Shown: positions 63,645 through 64,000 of the stretch, in pieces
Numbering within the stretch: position 1 is the stretch's first letter
How the letters are laid out: each line of letters begins with the position of its first letter
Assembly: GCA_951406725.2 (NCBI GenBank)
Contig: OX597819.1
Location: forward strand, 28,396,001-28,460,000
Direction: 5' to 3'
DNA: 64,000 bases
From: Octopus vulgaris
Taxonomy: Eukaryota
The notes under the pieces: model-generated
Seen by the model: only the letters and a program-made list of their open reading frames with translations
Told to the model about the DNA's origin: nothing
The model's database searches: none
Program-made: the position numbers and the translations under genes

Positions 63645-64000
63645 GTCTTCTTTAAGTTTCTTTCTATCAAATCCACTCACAAGGCTTCAGTCAGCCTGAA
63701 GCAATAGTAGAAGTCACTTGCCCAAGGTGCCCCATGCAGTGGGACTGAACCTGGAACCATGTGATTGGGAATCAAACTTCTTGCCACGCAGCCACACAAA
63801 CATTTTCTGTAAGCCTTAAAATAGATTTTATCTGATTTTGAACCAACAACTACAAAAAATGGCTAAAGTTTCCAAAATGTTTAATTTTATTTCAGAAACA
63901 TCAGAGATAAAAATACCAAGCTTTATTTCAGGAACAAAAGCTATTTATTTATTGTATACCACAGTTTGTGAACAATAGCATTGTTGGTTACAGGTTTCCC

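Noticed and set aside
63896-63910. Possible next NDUFAF7 exon after tttcag
   Set aside because: The required frame reads KHQR* and shows no NDUFAF7 similarity.

Overview
AT-rich, repeat-saturated eukaryotic DNA. The SINE families, (TA)n/(CAT)n microsatellites and long introns suggest a coleoid cephalopod, probably Octopus; this is inferred from repeat recognition and not verified. Two housekeeping genes diverge from a CpG-richer interval at about 23.7-24.2 kb. On the minus strand are exons 1-5 of an ERO1 ER oxidoreductin, which runs off the window start. On the plus strand are exons 1-6 of NDUFAF7, the mitochondrial complex I arginine methyltransferase, which runs off the window end. Almost all supplied ORFs are repeat noise. 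The introns hold four SINE families, RTE and CR1-like LINE relics, a full-length decayed Tc1 element, Helitron pieces and hAT, mariner and piggyBac-type MITEs. The most unusual signal is a set of short elements, often fold-back and usually sitting beside (TA)n or (CA)n tracts, that carry minimal hammerhead ribozyme cores (CUGANGA...GAAAC-palindrome-GUH) of the Penelope-like type. The two best-preserved cores lie antisense to NDUFAF7, and every sense-strand type I copy is broken. Also notable are a SINE-derived CTAAC branch-point candidate for NDUFAF7 exon 6, a 100-nt local duplication patched into a SINE, and a MITE carrying TTAGGG repeats.
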